A stretch of 63,647 nt of DNA, counting the filler, from Stramenopiles sp. TOSAG23-3 (taxonomy: Eukaryota), in assembly GCA_900128585.1 (NCBI GenBank). It is 17 parts of 17 records of this genome, joined end to end, with 100 filler letters (N's around TTAATTAATTAA, not from the genome) between each part and the next. Parts side by side here need not be neighbours in the genome. Positions count along the whole stretch, not along the records: positions 18,820 to 22,476 come from LT644134.1; positions 22,577 to 26,230 come from LT644135.1; positions 26,331 to 29,979 come from LT644136.1; 14 more parts are not named here. One strand, written 5' to 3'. Below the pieces are notes generated by a model. It was not told the origin of the DNA. It searched no databases and saw nothing but the letters and a program-made list of their open reading frames with translations. Below, one piece after another: positions 19,586 through 29,979 of this stretch. Positions within the stretch are counted from its first letter, which is position 1, and every line of letters begins with the position of its first letter. The position numbers and the translations under genes were made by a program.

Positions 19586-22474
19586 TTAACAGCCACTATG
19601 CCGTTGCTGCAGCAACCTCCGTCTCCTCCCTCCTCCCGCAGCCCGAAACGTGAGACCGTCGAACTCTATCCGTGCGCCGTTTGTTTCCGCGCTCCATTTC
19701 AACGAACCGCACGACCGTCGAAGAAATGCTCCCACGTCTTCTGGAATTTCACCATTCCATACAAACTTTCCATTGTTTGCCGTGATGTCCTTCCTTGCCG
19801 TAGTTTCAAGCCATTCCTTGAAGACGTCGGCGCCCTTCTCATCACTGTCCACTTTAAATGTAATCGCTGCTGGGTCTGCACTCCCAGACGTCTGGCGGAC
19901 AACTTCGATGCCGTTCATGAACTTTTTCCCGAACAAATCAAGGTTCACCGGAATACCGCAGGTTCCTTCCTTGGGGTCCACAGGGCACAAACTTGCCTCT
20001 TCCTCGTTGTTGATATTTTGCCAGAGCTGTGTACATACCAATGTCTTTTTATCTACACCATTGGCGCTATGTCGCGTAATTGTTGAATCATGCCTCGTAA
20101 CTGTTGGACTCTGCCTCCATTTATTAATTTCCTGAACGTTCTCGCAGTCATTCTTTAGGTACGCAGCCTTATACGCGTCGCATAGGCATGATGCGGATGC
20201 TAGGTTGGCAAGGGGGTACTTGTTGGTCTCTTCTTCGCCACTGAAGGCAAGTAGTTTTCTCCTTTGTCGCGGATTTGTTGAATCATGCCTCGGAACTGTT
20301 GAACTCTGCCTCCATTTATTTATCTTTTCCGGCCCCGTTCCTGGTTTTGTTGTTTTGTCTACCATCTCCAGCTGTTCATCGCTCAAGCTCTTACGAAAGC
20401 CATTTGTTATTGCATTATACCCCCCCGCGTTGGCAGCTGTTAGCCTTGCTCTCTTCCTGTATGTCTTTAAAAAACTTGATAGGGTCAATAGTTTGTTTTT
20501 GACGCCACGACCTATCGTTACGCCACGACCTTTCGTTACGCCACGACCTTTCGTTACGCCACGACCCTTCGTTACGCCACGACCCTTCGTTACGCCACGA
20601 CCTTTCGTTACGCCACGACCTTTCGTTACGCCACTACCCTGTTTGACGGCTTTCCCAGTCCCAGCAGCTTGTGCTGTCTTTGCTGTTTTTTTAGTTGTCG
20701 TTGCTGCCTTCGCGGTTTTGATTCCTTTCGTTGTTGCCTTCGCGGTTTTGATTCCTTTCGTTGCTGCATTCGCGATTTTGATACCTTTCGTTGCTGTCAT
20801 CATTCCCCTGAGCCCCGCCGAGACCAGTTTTGCACCTGGAATTGCCACTGACGCCACGTTTGCGATGTGGTACGCTGCCACCGCAACCTTCCTGACGTGT
20901 TTGTTTTTCGCGATTTTTCCTACGGCTTTGCCGAATTTAGAGTTTGCCACCTTTTTCGCCACGCGTTTTGTCACTTTTCCAACGGCTTTAGCAAACTTTG
21001 AGTTCTTCACGTGCTTAGCAACGTGCTTAGCAGCTTTAACGACATGTTTGCCGACATGTTTTCCCATGAATTTGCCGGCCTTCGTTTTCGATGCCCATTT
21101 CGCACCTTTCACAATACCTTTTCCGATTGCACCATACGCCTTGTCGATTCCTTTGCTCGTTGCTACTACTGCTCGCCAAGAATGTTTGTGGGCGACCTTT
21201 GCCGCTTTGCCGACTGCCTTTGCGGCCGTCTTGACACCCTTGGCAGTTTTCTTCGCAGCATTCTTCGCTGCTTGAACGCTTTTCTTCGCAGTCTTCTTCG
21301 CCGCTTGAACGCTTTTCTTTGCAGCCTTTTTCACGGCGTTTTTCATTTTTCCAGCGAATTTCCCAGTCCTCTTTGCCACCTTGATGCTTTTCTTGGCGGC
21401 CTTTTTCGCCACTTGAACGCTTTTCTTCGCAGCCTTCTTGGTTGCCTTGACGCTTTTCTTCACTGCCTTCTTCGTTGCCTTGACGGTTTTCTTCACTGCC
21501 GATTTTACTCTCCCAAAGAATCCCTTTTTCTTCTTCGCCGCCTTCTTGCCCTTCGCGGCTTTCGCGGCCTTCTTCGCTGCCCTTGCTGCCTTCTTCGCTG
21601 CCCTTGCTGCCTTCTTTGCTGCCCTTGTGGCCTTCTTTGCTGCCCTTGTGGCCTTCCTCGATGCCCTTGTGGCCTTCCTCGATGCCCTTGCGGCCTTACG
21701 TGTGGCCCTCCGACTCCGGCGCTGGCTGGCGGCACGACCGCGGGCACGACCGCGGGCACGGCCACGACCGCGGCCGCCCCGGCCCCGACCTCCTCTACCC
21801 TTCATAGCTTTCTGAGATGCACGTTGGTTTACTTCCAAAAATCCCATTTTGTGCGTTGCCATTAACTGAAGTAGTTTGTCTGCTGGTTTTGCCGTTGCTA
21901 CGGATTGATTGGCCTTACTTAACGATGGACTATCGTCGTCATCCTCCTCCTCATCATCCTCTTCTGTCGCATTGATCGATTTGCCGTCTTGGGATGATAG
22001 ACTGCCAGTCTCGGCATCGTCCTCGTCCTCGCCCTCCTCCTCGTCGTCGTCCTCCTCTTCACCTTTAGCAATCCCCAATTTGCTGCCTTTCATCAAACGA
22101 GATAGCGTATTGTCGACGCTTGTTGAGTTGTCATCATCCTCGTCATCGTCGTCCTCCTCATTGTCGCGTTCAACAATGGTTGGTAGCTGGTCGCCTAGGC
22201 GGGTGCGGTTTTCAGCGGCGTCGTCGTCGTCCTCCTCCTCATCATCCTCGTCGATCTCATCGTCGTCGATGGCCTCTGTCGATGAGTCATCGTCGTCATC
22301 GTCGTCCTCCTCCTCGCCGTTAACTGTCGCTTGATTTAGTTCTAACAATGAATTTGTTCTCGTTGTCCCCGTGGTCTGCTCCCCTGCCCTGACACATTTT
22401 TGTTTTGCCTCTTCGCTAAGCAGTGGCGGTTGTTCGTCTCTGATTTGATAAACTTGAATGAACGTAGCTTCACT
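19586..22474 (-). CDS. Low-complexity protein with Asp/Glu tracts, Lys/Ala/Arg-rich repeats, GRGVTK repeats and a Cys-containing C-terminal domain (5'-partial)
   Basis: 920-aa ORF whose frame stays open upstream to the contig edge (SEATFIQVYQ...TNSLLELNQ). Confidence 0.8.
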   Translation of the reverse strand, partial: SEATFIQVYQIRDEQPPLLSEEAKQKCVRAGEQTTGTTRTNSLLELNQATVNGEEEDDDDDDDSSTEAIDDDEIDEDDEEEDDDDAAENRTRLGDQLPTIVERDNEEDDDDEDDDNSTSVDNTLSRLMKGSKLGIAKGEEEDDDEEEGEDEDDAETGSLSSQDGKSINATEEDDEEEDDDDSPSLSKANQSVATAKPADKLLQLMATHKMGFLEVNQRASQKAMKGRGGRGRGGRGRGRARGRARGRAASQRRSRRATRKAARASRKATRASRKATRAAKKATRAAKKAARAAKKAARAAKKAAKAAKGKKAAKKKKGFFGRVKSAVKKTVKATKKAVKKSVKATKKAAKKSVQVAKKAAKKSIKVAKRTGKFAGKMKNAVKKAAKKSVQAAKKTAKKSVQAAKNAAKKTAKGVKTAAKAVGKAAKVAHKHSWRAVVATSKGIDKAYGAIGKGIVKGAKWASKTKAGKFMGKHVGKHVVKAAKHVAKHVKNSKFAKAVGKVTKRVAKKVANSKFGKAVGKIAKNKHVRKVAVAAYHIANVASVAIPGAKLVSAGLRGMMTATKGIKIANAATKGIKTAKATTKGIKTAKAATTTKKTAKTAQAAGTGKAVKQGSGVTKGRGVTKGRGVTKGRGVTKGRGVTKGRGVTKGRGVTIGRGVKNKLLTLSSFLKTYRKRARLTAANAGGYNAITNGFRKSLSDEQLEMVDKTTKPGTGPEKINKWRQSSTVPRHDSTNPRQRRKLLAFSGEEETNKYPLANLASASCLCDAYKAAYLKNDCENVQEINKWRQSPTVTRHDSTITRHSANGVDKKTLVCTQLWQNINNEEEASLCPVDPKEGTCGIPVNLDLFGKKFMNGIEVVRQTSGSADPAAITFKVDSDEKGADVFKEWLETTARKDITANNGKFVWNGEIPEDVGAFLRRSCGSLKWSAETNGARIEFDGLTFRAAGGGRRRRLLQQRHSGC
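20502..20640 (-). repeat. 18-bp coding tandem repeat (about 7 x GRGVTK)
   Basis: ACGCCACGACC(T/C)TTCGTT units on the + strand. Confidence 0.95.
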
Positions 22475-23106
22475 ACNNNNNNNNNNNNNNNNNNNNNNNN
22501 NNNNNNNNNNNNNNNNNNNNTTAATTAATTAANNNNNNNNNNNNNNNNNNNNNNNNNNNNNNNNNNNNNNNNNNNNAAGAAGAAAACAACGACTGTCCTC
22601 GTATTCCTATAATAATTTAATATAGCTGTAATTGCTATATTGGAACGTTCCGTTGCTTCTAATAGTAGGCTGTATTAAAAAAATAATACGTAATCAGATT
22701 CTAGCGCTCTGTACAGTACAGTAGAAGTCGGTATAATAGCCCTATCAATACAATCCTATCTCTGGAAGTGTGTGTGTGGTGTGGTGTGGTGTGTAAACCA
22801 AAATTAATTTCAATGCCGATCTCTCTCTTTTCTCTCCTTGAGTTTGTTTGTTTGTTTGTATTGTTCTTTTAATTGTGTCCGTCCCAAGTCCCAGTGTAAA
22901 CAGTTAATAATTTTGGGGTGTTTTTCTAAGTGAGTGAGTGGGTGGATTGAAATGATTTCACCGAAAAAAAAATGAAAGGGAAAAGAGAGAAAAGGCTCGA
23001 TCTTTGACTTTCAGTTATACTTAATTAACAAAGACAATAAACCACGAACTACTATATCGAACAAGAGGAAAATGAAAATTAACATCATCATCACAGCTAT
23101 TTCTTC

Positions 23107-23155
23107 CTCACAGCTCACAGCTCACAGCTCACAGCTCACAGCTCACAGCTCACAG
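23107..23155 (+). repeat. (CTCACAG)7 tandem heptamer
   Basis: Seven perfect copies, followed by (TTTC)n at about 23171-23230. Confidence 0.95.
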
Positions 23156-23170
23156 CCGTCCGTCGTTCGT

Positions 23171-23230
<60 letters not shown>

Positions 23231-23908
23231 TCGACACTTTCTTTCTTTNNNNNNNNNNNNNNNNNNNNNNNNNNNNNNNNNNNNNNNNNNNNNNNNNNNN
23301 NNNATAATAATCGTCTGTCTACAAGCTCTCTATATAATTTAACCATCTTTAGCAAGAAAGCATCTTCCGTCCTCCTCTAATTACTATACTAATAAATTGT
23401 ACTTATAAATATATTAAATAGAGAAAAGAAAAGAAGAAAAAAGCGAAACAGAAGCACAGCGAAGCGAAGCGAATAGGAGAAGAAGGAAGAACGGAAAGAG
23501 AAAAGGAAGAGAAAATAATGGAGATCATTTTTCTGCTACCTATTCGTATGTTGTTTTGTTCTTATAGGCTTATGGTAAAAAATCTAAAATTATTCCTGCG
23601 GCGTACTTATCATATACTACAGTACTGTTATCATATACTTAATAGAAGAAGAAATAACCTGAAGTAGAAGTAATTTCATCACAGCCGTCCGTCTCCTCTT
23701 CCTTCTTCTTTCTCTTTTGTTTTTCGTTTCATCCGTATCTGGTTGTAATCATTTTATAGATACGTACACTCGGTTTGTTCATGAAAGAAGTAAATAGAAA
23801 GCACTCCAGCGAAAGTAGAATTGAAAAGAACGGCACTAAAAGTTTAACAACGCTTTCTTAACAAAATCATTTTTAACAAGCAGTTATATAAAATAAGTAT
23901 AATACAAC

Positions 23909-24100
23909 ATGCCATCCAACGCAGCAAACGCCAGACGCCGCAAGTCGTCCCAGAACTCTGACGATAACTCGGCCATTCTCAAGTATTACACTAGTGACAG
24001 CACTGGTTTGCAACTTGGTCCCACTGCAGTTTTGGTCATGTGCCTTTTGTTCGTTGGGTTTGTTGTCATTCTTCACATTTGGGGGAAAATTCGCAAGTAA
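23909..24100 (+). CDS. SEC61B: Sec61 translocon beta subunit
   Basis: LKYYTSDSTGLQLGPTAVLVMCLLFVGFVVILHIWGK, the typical tail anchor. Confidence 0.95.
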   Translation: MPSNAANARRRKSSQNSDDNSAILKYYTSDSTGLQLGPTAVLVMCLLFVGFVVILHIWGKIRK

Positions 24101-24840
24101 GCCGTTCATTTTCAGTACATTTTCTAGTAGCTTCCTTCGCTTGGGCACCACCGCCTCTGTGTGAGGTCAAGTTCAAGGGGAGGTTTTTATTGCAATAGTC
24201 ATAGCAGATCATGGTTGTATATGTGGAAGAGAGTGAAAATCATCTTTTTTTTCTCACGTTAAGTTTGAACAGTGGAAAGCGGCAATCGCGGGGAAGACGG
24301 GGAGTAAGTTTAAATTATTCAAAGAAAGAAAAACGTTTTTATTTTGTGATTTACAGGTCTCGTCGTACTAGATGATACACACGCCCTGGGAGAGTACAAA
24401 ACAGTGTTTTGGTCAAAAAAAATAATTTTTTTACTTGCGCCGAGCGATGGTACGACCTTTCTGTGTCACGTGTTCGCTGTTCGTACCTCTTCAACTACGC
24501 CCTGCCTTCTCCACGCGGGGCACCTCAGTCCTTCACGCGGGGCACCTCAGTCCTTCTAGAAATCCAAAACCTCCATAGTTCCGATTCATTTCTGCCAAAC
24601 CACGATAGTTGTCGACCGGAAGTCCGGAGCAGCAAATCAGCACATTTCACCCTTGGAAGCACCGAACGTACGCACAAGCGTCGTTGGACTTTCCTTCGCT
24701 TGTATGATATCGTACTTCTAAATTAAAAACTGGAAGGGGGGGGGAGCCTGTCATAAAGAGTTGGAGAGAAATGAAGTGGGCGCGCCTACGTGCATAAATG
24801 CCACAAGTATTTTTAATTTAATCTTACCTCGGCCCTCCTT

Positions 24841-25605
24841 CTAAACGGATTCACTGTGCCTCCTGTCTATCCCTGCATCAAAGGCCGCCTTCATGACCTC
24901 GTGCGCGGGGTGTTCTTTTTTCCCAGGGTGTTCCCAAACGGGAAATTCTTCGTTTTCCATCGCGGGGGAGGGCTCCCCAAGCCGTCGTTCTAAAAATGGT
25001 TTCAGCTCTTCCCTTCTAATTTCGACAATCCCATTTGTTGTCTCCCCCGACATTCTTCGGGGCTTCGAGAATGCTTTCGCCAAGCTGCGGTTAAGGCTGT
25101 TCCGCTTCATTTCCATCTGCAGCTTTGTTGCCGAGGCATCATACCGTCCTAACTGTACATTCCTCAAGATACCGCGGGCAACTAATTCATCGATGCTACT
25201 GCGTCGTTTCAGACCGTCCTGGAGCTTGTCCTTTGCGTCGTAGTACACTTTTTTGTTCCCGTCCGCGTCGTACATGCCCTTCCCGACCGCGCCCAGCTTT
25301 ACCGCGCGGTCTTTTATGGACAATGCGACCGCGGCCAAATGGGTTAAACTACTAGCTTGGCCTTCGAAACGAAACTCTAAAAACTGTTTGAAAGCCCCCG
25401 CGGTAATGTTTGTGGCCTTCTCCCCCCCTATCATGCGCAACGTAAGTATTGCTTCGTGGACCCCATCCGTTTTTCTTCCGTATGATTTTGCCGAGGACGA
25501 AAAGAACAATGCCAAGACATCCAAGTGCAAAACGTCCTGCATACTCGCACACCCCAGGTTGGAAACGACCGTGTCTGATATCGACCCCCCTTGCGCCGCC
25601 ATCAT
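24841..25605 (-). CDS. RPEL-motif-containing protein
   Basis: AKDKLQDGLKRRSSIDELVARGIL matches the RPEL pattern; a degenerate second copy follows. Confidence 0.65.
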   Translation of the reverse strand: MMAAQGGSISDTVVSNLGCASMQDVLHLDVLALFFSSSAKSYGRKTDGVHEAILTLRMIGGEKATNITAGAFKQFLEFRFEGQASSLTHLAAVALSIKDRAVKLGAVGKGMYDADGNKKVYYDAKDKLQDGLKRRSSIDELVARGILRNVQLGRYDASATKLQMEMKRNSLNRSLAKAFSKPRRMSGETTNGIVEIRREELKPFLERRLGEPSPAMENEEFPVWEHPGKKEHPAHEVMKAAFDAGIDRRHSESV

Positions 25606-26330
25606 GACTGCCCGTACCCAGTAAATGGCAGAACAAAAAGCGTTTGTGTGTGCGAGAGAGACAACAATGAGAATGACAAAGGTTTCTAGTCGTTCAGGTG
25701 GGGAAAGGCCGCTGCACTCTATTGTGTTAATTCATGTAGTGTTGCATAACATGATAAAAAGTATGGTGTTGCATAACATGATAAAAAGTATGTTTGATTT
25801 AGAACAATTAACTAATGGATTCAAAATGTAAAGTGGCTTCTTACTTGCTCATAGTTTTGTTTCTCTTTTTCTTATTTATGATGTTATTTTTATATTATTA
25901 TTATTTGTTTGTTTTTGTCTTTTTATTATTTTGTATTTGTTCTTGTTGGTAGACTACATTTTTTTGTTGTTGTAGTTCCCGTTGCTGTGTTCTATTGCTT
26001 ATTGCACATTAAAATCGAAAAGTGGTAAATAATGGCAATGATGTGGGAATGATAACTTCAAAATCATTATTAAGGCTATAACTACAGGGTCCTCGTATAG
26101 TAATCCCTATATATATATTTAAATAAAAAGAGAACTGTATAAAGTAATTTAATATATACACAGCATCATTTAAAATTATAAATGTTATTTTATTTTGATT
26201 GACTCCCTCCCCCTCCCTCCTTCCTTCCTANNNNNNNNNNNNNNNNNNNNNNNNNNNNNNNNNNNNNNNNNNNNTTAATTAATTAANNNNNNNNNNNNNN
26301 NNNNNNNNNNNNNNNNNNNNNNNNNNNNNN

Positions 26331-26498
26331 ATTCGTGTGGTTGGGGAGGTCGGTCGTGACGTCGATGGTGTCCGAAGGTTGTTTGCGGAGATGAAAGAGA
26401 AGAACATCATAACTGAAAGAGGACAAAAGGAGGGCAGGTTTAATAAAACCGCATTTACGACAACTCGTTCGTTGCAGGCTCCATGTGTCGAAAGATGA
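26331..26498 (+). CDS. 3' end of a pentatricopeptide-repeat (PPR) protein, not in the ORF track
   Basis: My translation: IRVVGEVGRDVDGVRRLFAEMKEKNI...; stop TGA at 26496-26498. Confidence 0.7.
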   Translation: MRVVGEVGRDVDGVRRLFAEMKEKNIITERGQKEGRFNKTAFTTTRSLQAPCVER

Positions 26499-27462
26499 TA
26501 TCTTCGAGGATTTGGTCGGAAATCTCGTCAATGCCTTCAGCAGCGTCGGTGCTCGATGGCTGAGGGGCGTGCTTCGGGGTTAGCCTTGTTAACGCGCCAA
26601 TAACATCATTAACGTTCTCTAAGCAGTCGTCACCTTCTCCAAACTGCTCTGCTGTCTTGTAACTGTAACGCAACCGGTTGTGCTCGTGTAATTTCATAGT
26701 CTTCCGGTGTTTGAGCATCATTTTGGGCAAAAACTCACTATTCTCTTCATCATCGGCGGGTTCACAAAGGTCAAATTCGCTGAAAGTCCGCTTCCGCCCC
26801 TTGTGCCTTGGCCGTGCCTTGATCTTGTTGCTCTTTTGCTGTTCGGCCTGTTTCGCCGTCCGAAAATAATCCATCACAAAGTTCTGTACAGGGTAAGTAT
26901 GAACAATCTTCCTCAACACGTCCGCGGGCGTCACTTTGTCGTCATTTTTTTCGCTGTGCCGCACAGCATCTTTCAACTTTTCATACTCAGGGTCCCTGGT
27001 TTTCTTATAATGGACGCGGAACTTTTGCAGATGACTCTTGACGTGTTCCGAAGTTAAAGTCTCCGGTATGAAACCCATTAGCTTCATTAATTTCTTTGGG
27101 CTCGCCTTTTTCGTTGCATAATCAAAAATTGCGAACAGCAACCGGGCGTGAGAAATCAAAGTCCAATTGAATGAAAAATTTATGCTCTCTTCGACGGGTG
27201 TTACACTTTTTTTTTCGTCGGGCCCATCCGCGCCAAAATTTTTCCTATTAAGCACCACGGTGGAGAAGGAGGGAATAACTTTGGACGAGTTCTCATCTTG
27301 CAGAAATTTTGCAGGAGTAGAGGACGCTTTCAGATGCTGGTACACTTCAAGAAGCTCAATTTGCCTACCCTCACAATCGCTTCCCACCCCCTCTGCAATC
27401 CCACTTCCTACCGTTTCCTTCACCACATCGGACGACGAACTTGCGCCCCCCCTGCTTGACAT
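26455..27462 (-). CDS. GARP/SHAQKYF-class MYB-like transcription factor
   Basis: FNWTLISHARLLFAIF...ASPKKLMKLM...LTSEHVKSHLQKFR. Confidence 0.88.
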   Translation of the reverse strand: MSSRGGASSSSDVVKETVGSGIAEGVGSDCEGRQIELLEVYQHLKASSTPAKFLQDENSSKVIPSFSTVVLNRKNFGADGPDEKKSVTPVEESINFSFNWTLISHARLLFAIFDYATKKASPKKLMKLMGFIPETLTSEHVKSHLQKFRVHYKKTRDPEYEKLKDAVRHSEKNDDKVTPADVLRKIVHTYPVQNFVMDYFRTAKQAEQQKSNKIKARPRHKGRKRTFSEFDLCEPADDEENSEFLPKMMLKHRKTMKLHEHNRLRYSYKTAEQFGEGDDCLENVNDVIGALTRLTPKHAPQPSSTDAAEGIDEISDQILEDIIFRHMEPATNELS

Positions 27463-27829
27463 AACCTTGTCGGACCAACTAACAGAGACAATTTGACTCC
27501 GGCGTGACGGTCGAAACGAATTCTACACGCGTGTACTGGCGTCAAGTTTCCATAGAAAGGCTTCAACCGACAAAGATATGAAAACATACCGTTAATTTTT
27601 TTTATCACTTCCTTCTTACTTACATTTTATTTTACTCTACAGTTCACATTTATTACGAAAGGAAGGATGAATTTTATTTGTAGATCGATGATGATGATAA
27701 TATATATTGTAGAGAAAATAACTTTAAAAAAAATGAAAATGAAAATTAATATAATCACAGCACTCTGTCCTCGTGCCGTCGGTCTGCTCTCTATCTGCTG
27801 CCGTTAAAATCATCAGAAGATTCATTTTA

Positions 27830-27930
27830 GTATCTAAATTAAGGAATGTGACCCTTTGTTCATTCCTCGTATATGATAAGTCTATGTGTCTGTAGGGATT
27901 TAGATGAAATCACTTCTTGATATTAATAAT
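27830..27930 (+). repeat. Partial copy of the MITE-like family
   Basis: TAGGGATTTAGATGAAATCA.TTCT..ATATTAAT is shared with 12333-12368. Confidence 0.65.
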
Positions 27931-27947
27931 GTAACAATATAGGGTTT

Positions 27948-29345
27948 TTAATTCGTGAACGGTAGAAGAAAGGCATCTGCGGAAAGAGACACCTGCGATT
28001 GGGTTCCTAACGACATATCCTTCACTGTCGCCAGGCCGGTCTCAAGTTCGGTTTGGCCGAGTAAAATCACATACCCAAACCCATCACGGTTTGCCCGCTT
28101 CATCTCCTTTGCCAGCTTTTTTGTACCATTTCCTATCTGTACGTGAACACTTTTGGCCCCCGTCGCCCCAACGACGTTGCTACCTTCTAACCGGATGCGC
28201 CTTGCTAGTTTCAGGACCTCGTTTGCAATCATCGTTCCATCGTCGCCGTCCCGTACAATTGGCAATACCAAAACCTTCCTCGATGGGCAGGTCGCGTCCC
28301 GGTTAACGTTTTCAAAGAACTGTGAATTTTCAAGAAACAAATGCAGACGTTCTATACCAGCAGCCCATCCGATCGCCGGTAGGGTAGGCCCCCCGCCTAC
28401 TTTTTCCAGCAAAGTGTCGTATCGACCGCCTGCCAATAGTGTCCCAACCTGCCCGACGGGCTTTCCCGAGCCGTCCTGGGTGCCCGGGTCCCTGATAAAT
28501 TCAAAAACTGTATGGCTGTAATAATCCAGGCCACGGACGAGCCTCGGGTCGATTGTGTAGTCTATCTCCAATGCGTTCAGCCCACTCAAAACTCTATCGA
28601 AGTGATCCTTTGACGCGTCCGAGAGGTGAGCGAGAAAATCGGGGGCGTCTTTTATCAGCGACTGGTCTTCCGCGGCTTTGGAATCCAGAATGCGCAGCAC
28701 ACTGCCACGTTCTAACCGGGCGACGGAGTCTTTGGACAATCCACTTTTCACACTTTCAAAATAGTCCATGAGAACAGTTCGATAGGCCGTACGACTTTCT
28801 TCGTCCCCAAGCGTGTTCACTAGCAACGATGTGTCGTCGTCAACCAGCGTTAGGGCGTCCAGAAAATTGTATGCCATTGAGATAACGTCCACCTCCTCCG
28901 CTGCGCTTTTGGCACCTACTAATTCGACGCCAAACTGCGAAAATTCTCGCTGGCGCCCTTTCTGGGGCCGCTCGTGCCGAAACATGCTGCCCGAGTAGTA
29001 CAATCGGTGCGGGCCGGCCTCGTAGCACTTGCCGGACGAAACGAGGGCGCGGGCGATACTGGCAGTATTTTCTGGGCGCAAGCTCAGGCTTCTTCCCGCC
29101 TGGTCCGTCCAAGTGAACATTTCCTTGGAAATAACGTCGCTGGTCTCTCCCAACGACCGTGAAAACACTCCTGTTGACTCGAACGTTGGCGTCTGTACCT
29201 CCTCAAAACCGTACGCATGCGCTACCTTCACGGCACTGTCAAGAATGGCGCGTCTCTCCCTGCAGACTTTGCCAAACAAGTCCACTGTACCCCGGGGAGG
29301 CAAAAGCTTTCGTTTCGATGAAAACCTGCGCACCATCACGCGCAT
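27948..29345 (-). CDS. hisS: Histidyl-tRNA synthetase, bacterial/organellar type (probably mitochondrial)
   Basis: PRGT.D, LRPENTAS, FRHERPQKGRQREFSQ, LVRGLDYYSHTVFE, GGRYD and GWAAGIERL; Arg-rich N-terminus MRVMVRRFSS. Confidence 0.95.
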   Translation of the reverse strand: MRVMVRRFSSKRKLLPPRGTVDLFGKVCRERRAILDSAVKVAHAYGFEEVQTPTFESTGVFSRSLGETSDVISKEMFTWTDQAGRSLSLRPENTASIARALVSSGKCYEAGPHRLYYSGSMFRHERPQKGRQREFSQFGVELVGAKSAAEEVDVISMAYNFLDALTLVDDDTSLLVNTLGDEESRTAYRTVLMDYFESVKSGLSKDSVARLERGSVLRILDSKAAEDQSLIKDAPDFLAHLSDASKDHFDRVLSGLNALEIDYTIDPRLVRGLDYYSHTVFEFIRDPGTQDGSGKPVGQVGTLLAGGRYDTLLEKVGGGPTLPAIGWAAGIERLHLFLENSQFFENVNRDATCPSRKVLVLPIVRDGDDGTMIANEVLKLARRIRLEGSNVVGATGAKSVHVQIGNGTKKLAKEMKRANRDGFGYVILLGQTELETGLATVKDMSLGTQSQVSLSADAFLLPFTN

Positions 29346-29866
29346 GTTTTTGTCGACGGGCAAACCCACTGCCCGATCTCACGCTCTCTGCAAATGAAAC
29401 AAAAATGTCTTTCAAGTGAATTTATAGAGCATGCCGTTGGTTTCTCCCTCTTGTTATATCCTTTTTTTAGCATTCTTTGGACGACTCGTCGTCATTCTTT
29501 ATATATATTATTCATCGAAAAACACAATTTTTATTTTATAATATTAAATTTATTTATATTCAATCAGGTAGGACTATTATTATATAATAATTATGTACAG
29601 GTACGTACAGGTACCTGGTATTATTAATATGTATGAAATACCTGGTCCGGGTGTCTTGATTATCATGCTCAGAAGATGTATCGGTATTAATACTCCACTC
29701 CATATGCGTCGGTAATCAAAAAAACAAATATTTTAGTTAATATTATTCGTGTGGTAATATAATATAAAACTACATTTGATCCATTTTATAAAATTACTTC
29801 TCGTAATTATAAATAAAAAAATTGAAGAAATGTTACTTTACCCCTCCCAGGTATTTAAAAAATTAA

Positions 29867-29979
29867 TCAAAAAAACTTTTGATTCATCTCTGCTAATAAA
29901 CTTCGGGCGCCCTCGACGTCACGACCGATCTCCCCAACCACACGAATCATTGCGTTGTACGTTCCGGCATCCATTTTGA
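29867..29979 (-). CDS. 3' end of a second PPR protein, not in the ORF track
   Basis: My translation: KMDAGTYNAMIRVVGEIGRDVEGARSLLAEMNQKFF*, matching the PPR consensus (TYN.MI...A..L..EM). Confidence 0.75.

Noticed and set aside
20502-20640. 18-bp repeats as a possible CRISPR array
   Set aside because: Head-to-tail with no spacers, in frame within a CDS, in a eukaryotic context with no cas genes.
26331-29947. Contig-end inverted repeat as TIRs of a Pack-type transposon carrying HisRS
   Set aside because: Both arms translate as PPR motifs with codon-position-biased differences, so coding paralogy explains them better.
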